NCBI GenBank assembly: GCA_965216755.1
Contig: CBDCGL010000011.1
Span: 4,789,306 to 4,853,305, forward strand
DNA length: 64,000 bases
Source: Alphaproteobacteria bacterium
Lineage (GTDB): Bacteria > Pseudomonadota > Alphaproteobacteria > UBA7887
Direction of reading: 5' to 3'
The notes beneath the pieces are model-generated. The model was not told the origin of the DNA. It saw nothing but the letters and a program-made list of their open reading frames with translations, and searched no databases. This document shows, one piece after another, positions 62,892 through 64,000 of this stretch. Made by a program: the position numbers and the translations under genes. Numbering within the stretch: the stretch's first letter is position 1; the number at the start of each line of letters is the position of its first letter.

Positions 62892-63345
62892 ATGTCGTTG
62901 TTTCCGGCAGAGATCTGTGGCCGAGTGCTCTAGGCGCGTTGCTTGTGGCGTTGCTTGTTTTGGGGCTCCGACAATCGCGTTTGTCGTCGGTGTCTGTCAG
63001 GATGGAGCCGACCGGTTGCGTCTTGGTCGCGTGGTTGTTTGACATTGTGAATAGAGGGAAGGGATATGTAGGCGGCGGCGTTGAGCTGTTGTCTATGTAG
63101 ACTTTTTCGAAGCTATCCTGTGGGTCTTTTATTGAGGCGCGCTGGGTTCTATGCCGTGGCGGATGTTGCGGTGCGGGGTTTGGCGTGTTTTGGAAGACCT
63201 TTGGGTTTTGCAGACGTAAGTTTGTACAGCGACGTAATTGCGAGCGTAGGGAGCGGTGCGAAGAGCTTGGGCGACGAGGAATTGTTGTCTTGAGGTCTTT
63301 GTGGTCTTGAGACCTTTGTGGTCTTGAGAGAAGACGCGAACTCTT

Positions 63346-64000
<655 letters not shown>

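Overview
GC-rich alphaproteobacterial chromosome segment (16S rRNA 5' part at the right end; Rhodospirillales-like, tentative). The left half (about 1-27 kb) is accessory and visibly decaying. It holds hydrolases, a PleC/DivJ-type histidine kinase, clpS2, nested and deleted IS elements (IS256, three IS1380 copies, an IS5 stub, an intact IS3/IS2-type), three pseudogenes and tandem PQQ-type beta-propeller dehydrogenases. It also has two copper-related modules: a pair of Cys/His-motif secreted proteins coupled to SCO, and a DUF2946 (CxxC...RGPP) leader + His/Met-rich outer-membrane barrel (broken by a structured 456-bp MITE) + PCuAC. The right half is mostly housekeeping and transport: modABC, dsrE-tusA, Zn-ADH, TAXI-TRAP, ThDP enzyme/aldolase/enolase operon, short modE with tandem ModE-like boxes, metC-aapJQMP, cysK-alaX-sseA, a PedABC/Lut-like ABC cluster, DUF1217 and a CoA-transferase. 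A small island relic at 48.3-50.8 kb has 11-bp-phased repeats, a tRNA-Glu-like 3' fragment and a putative lysozyme-fold effector with a membrane partner. All family calls come from motif recognition by eye; no searches were run.
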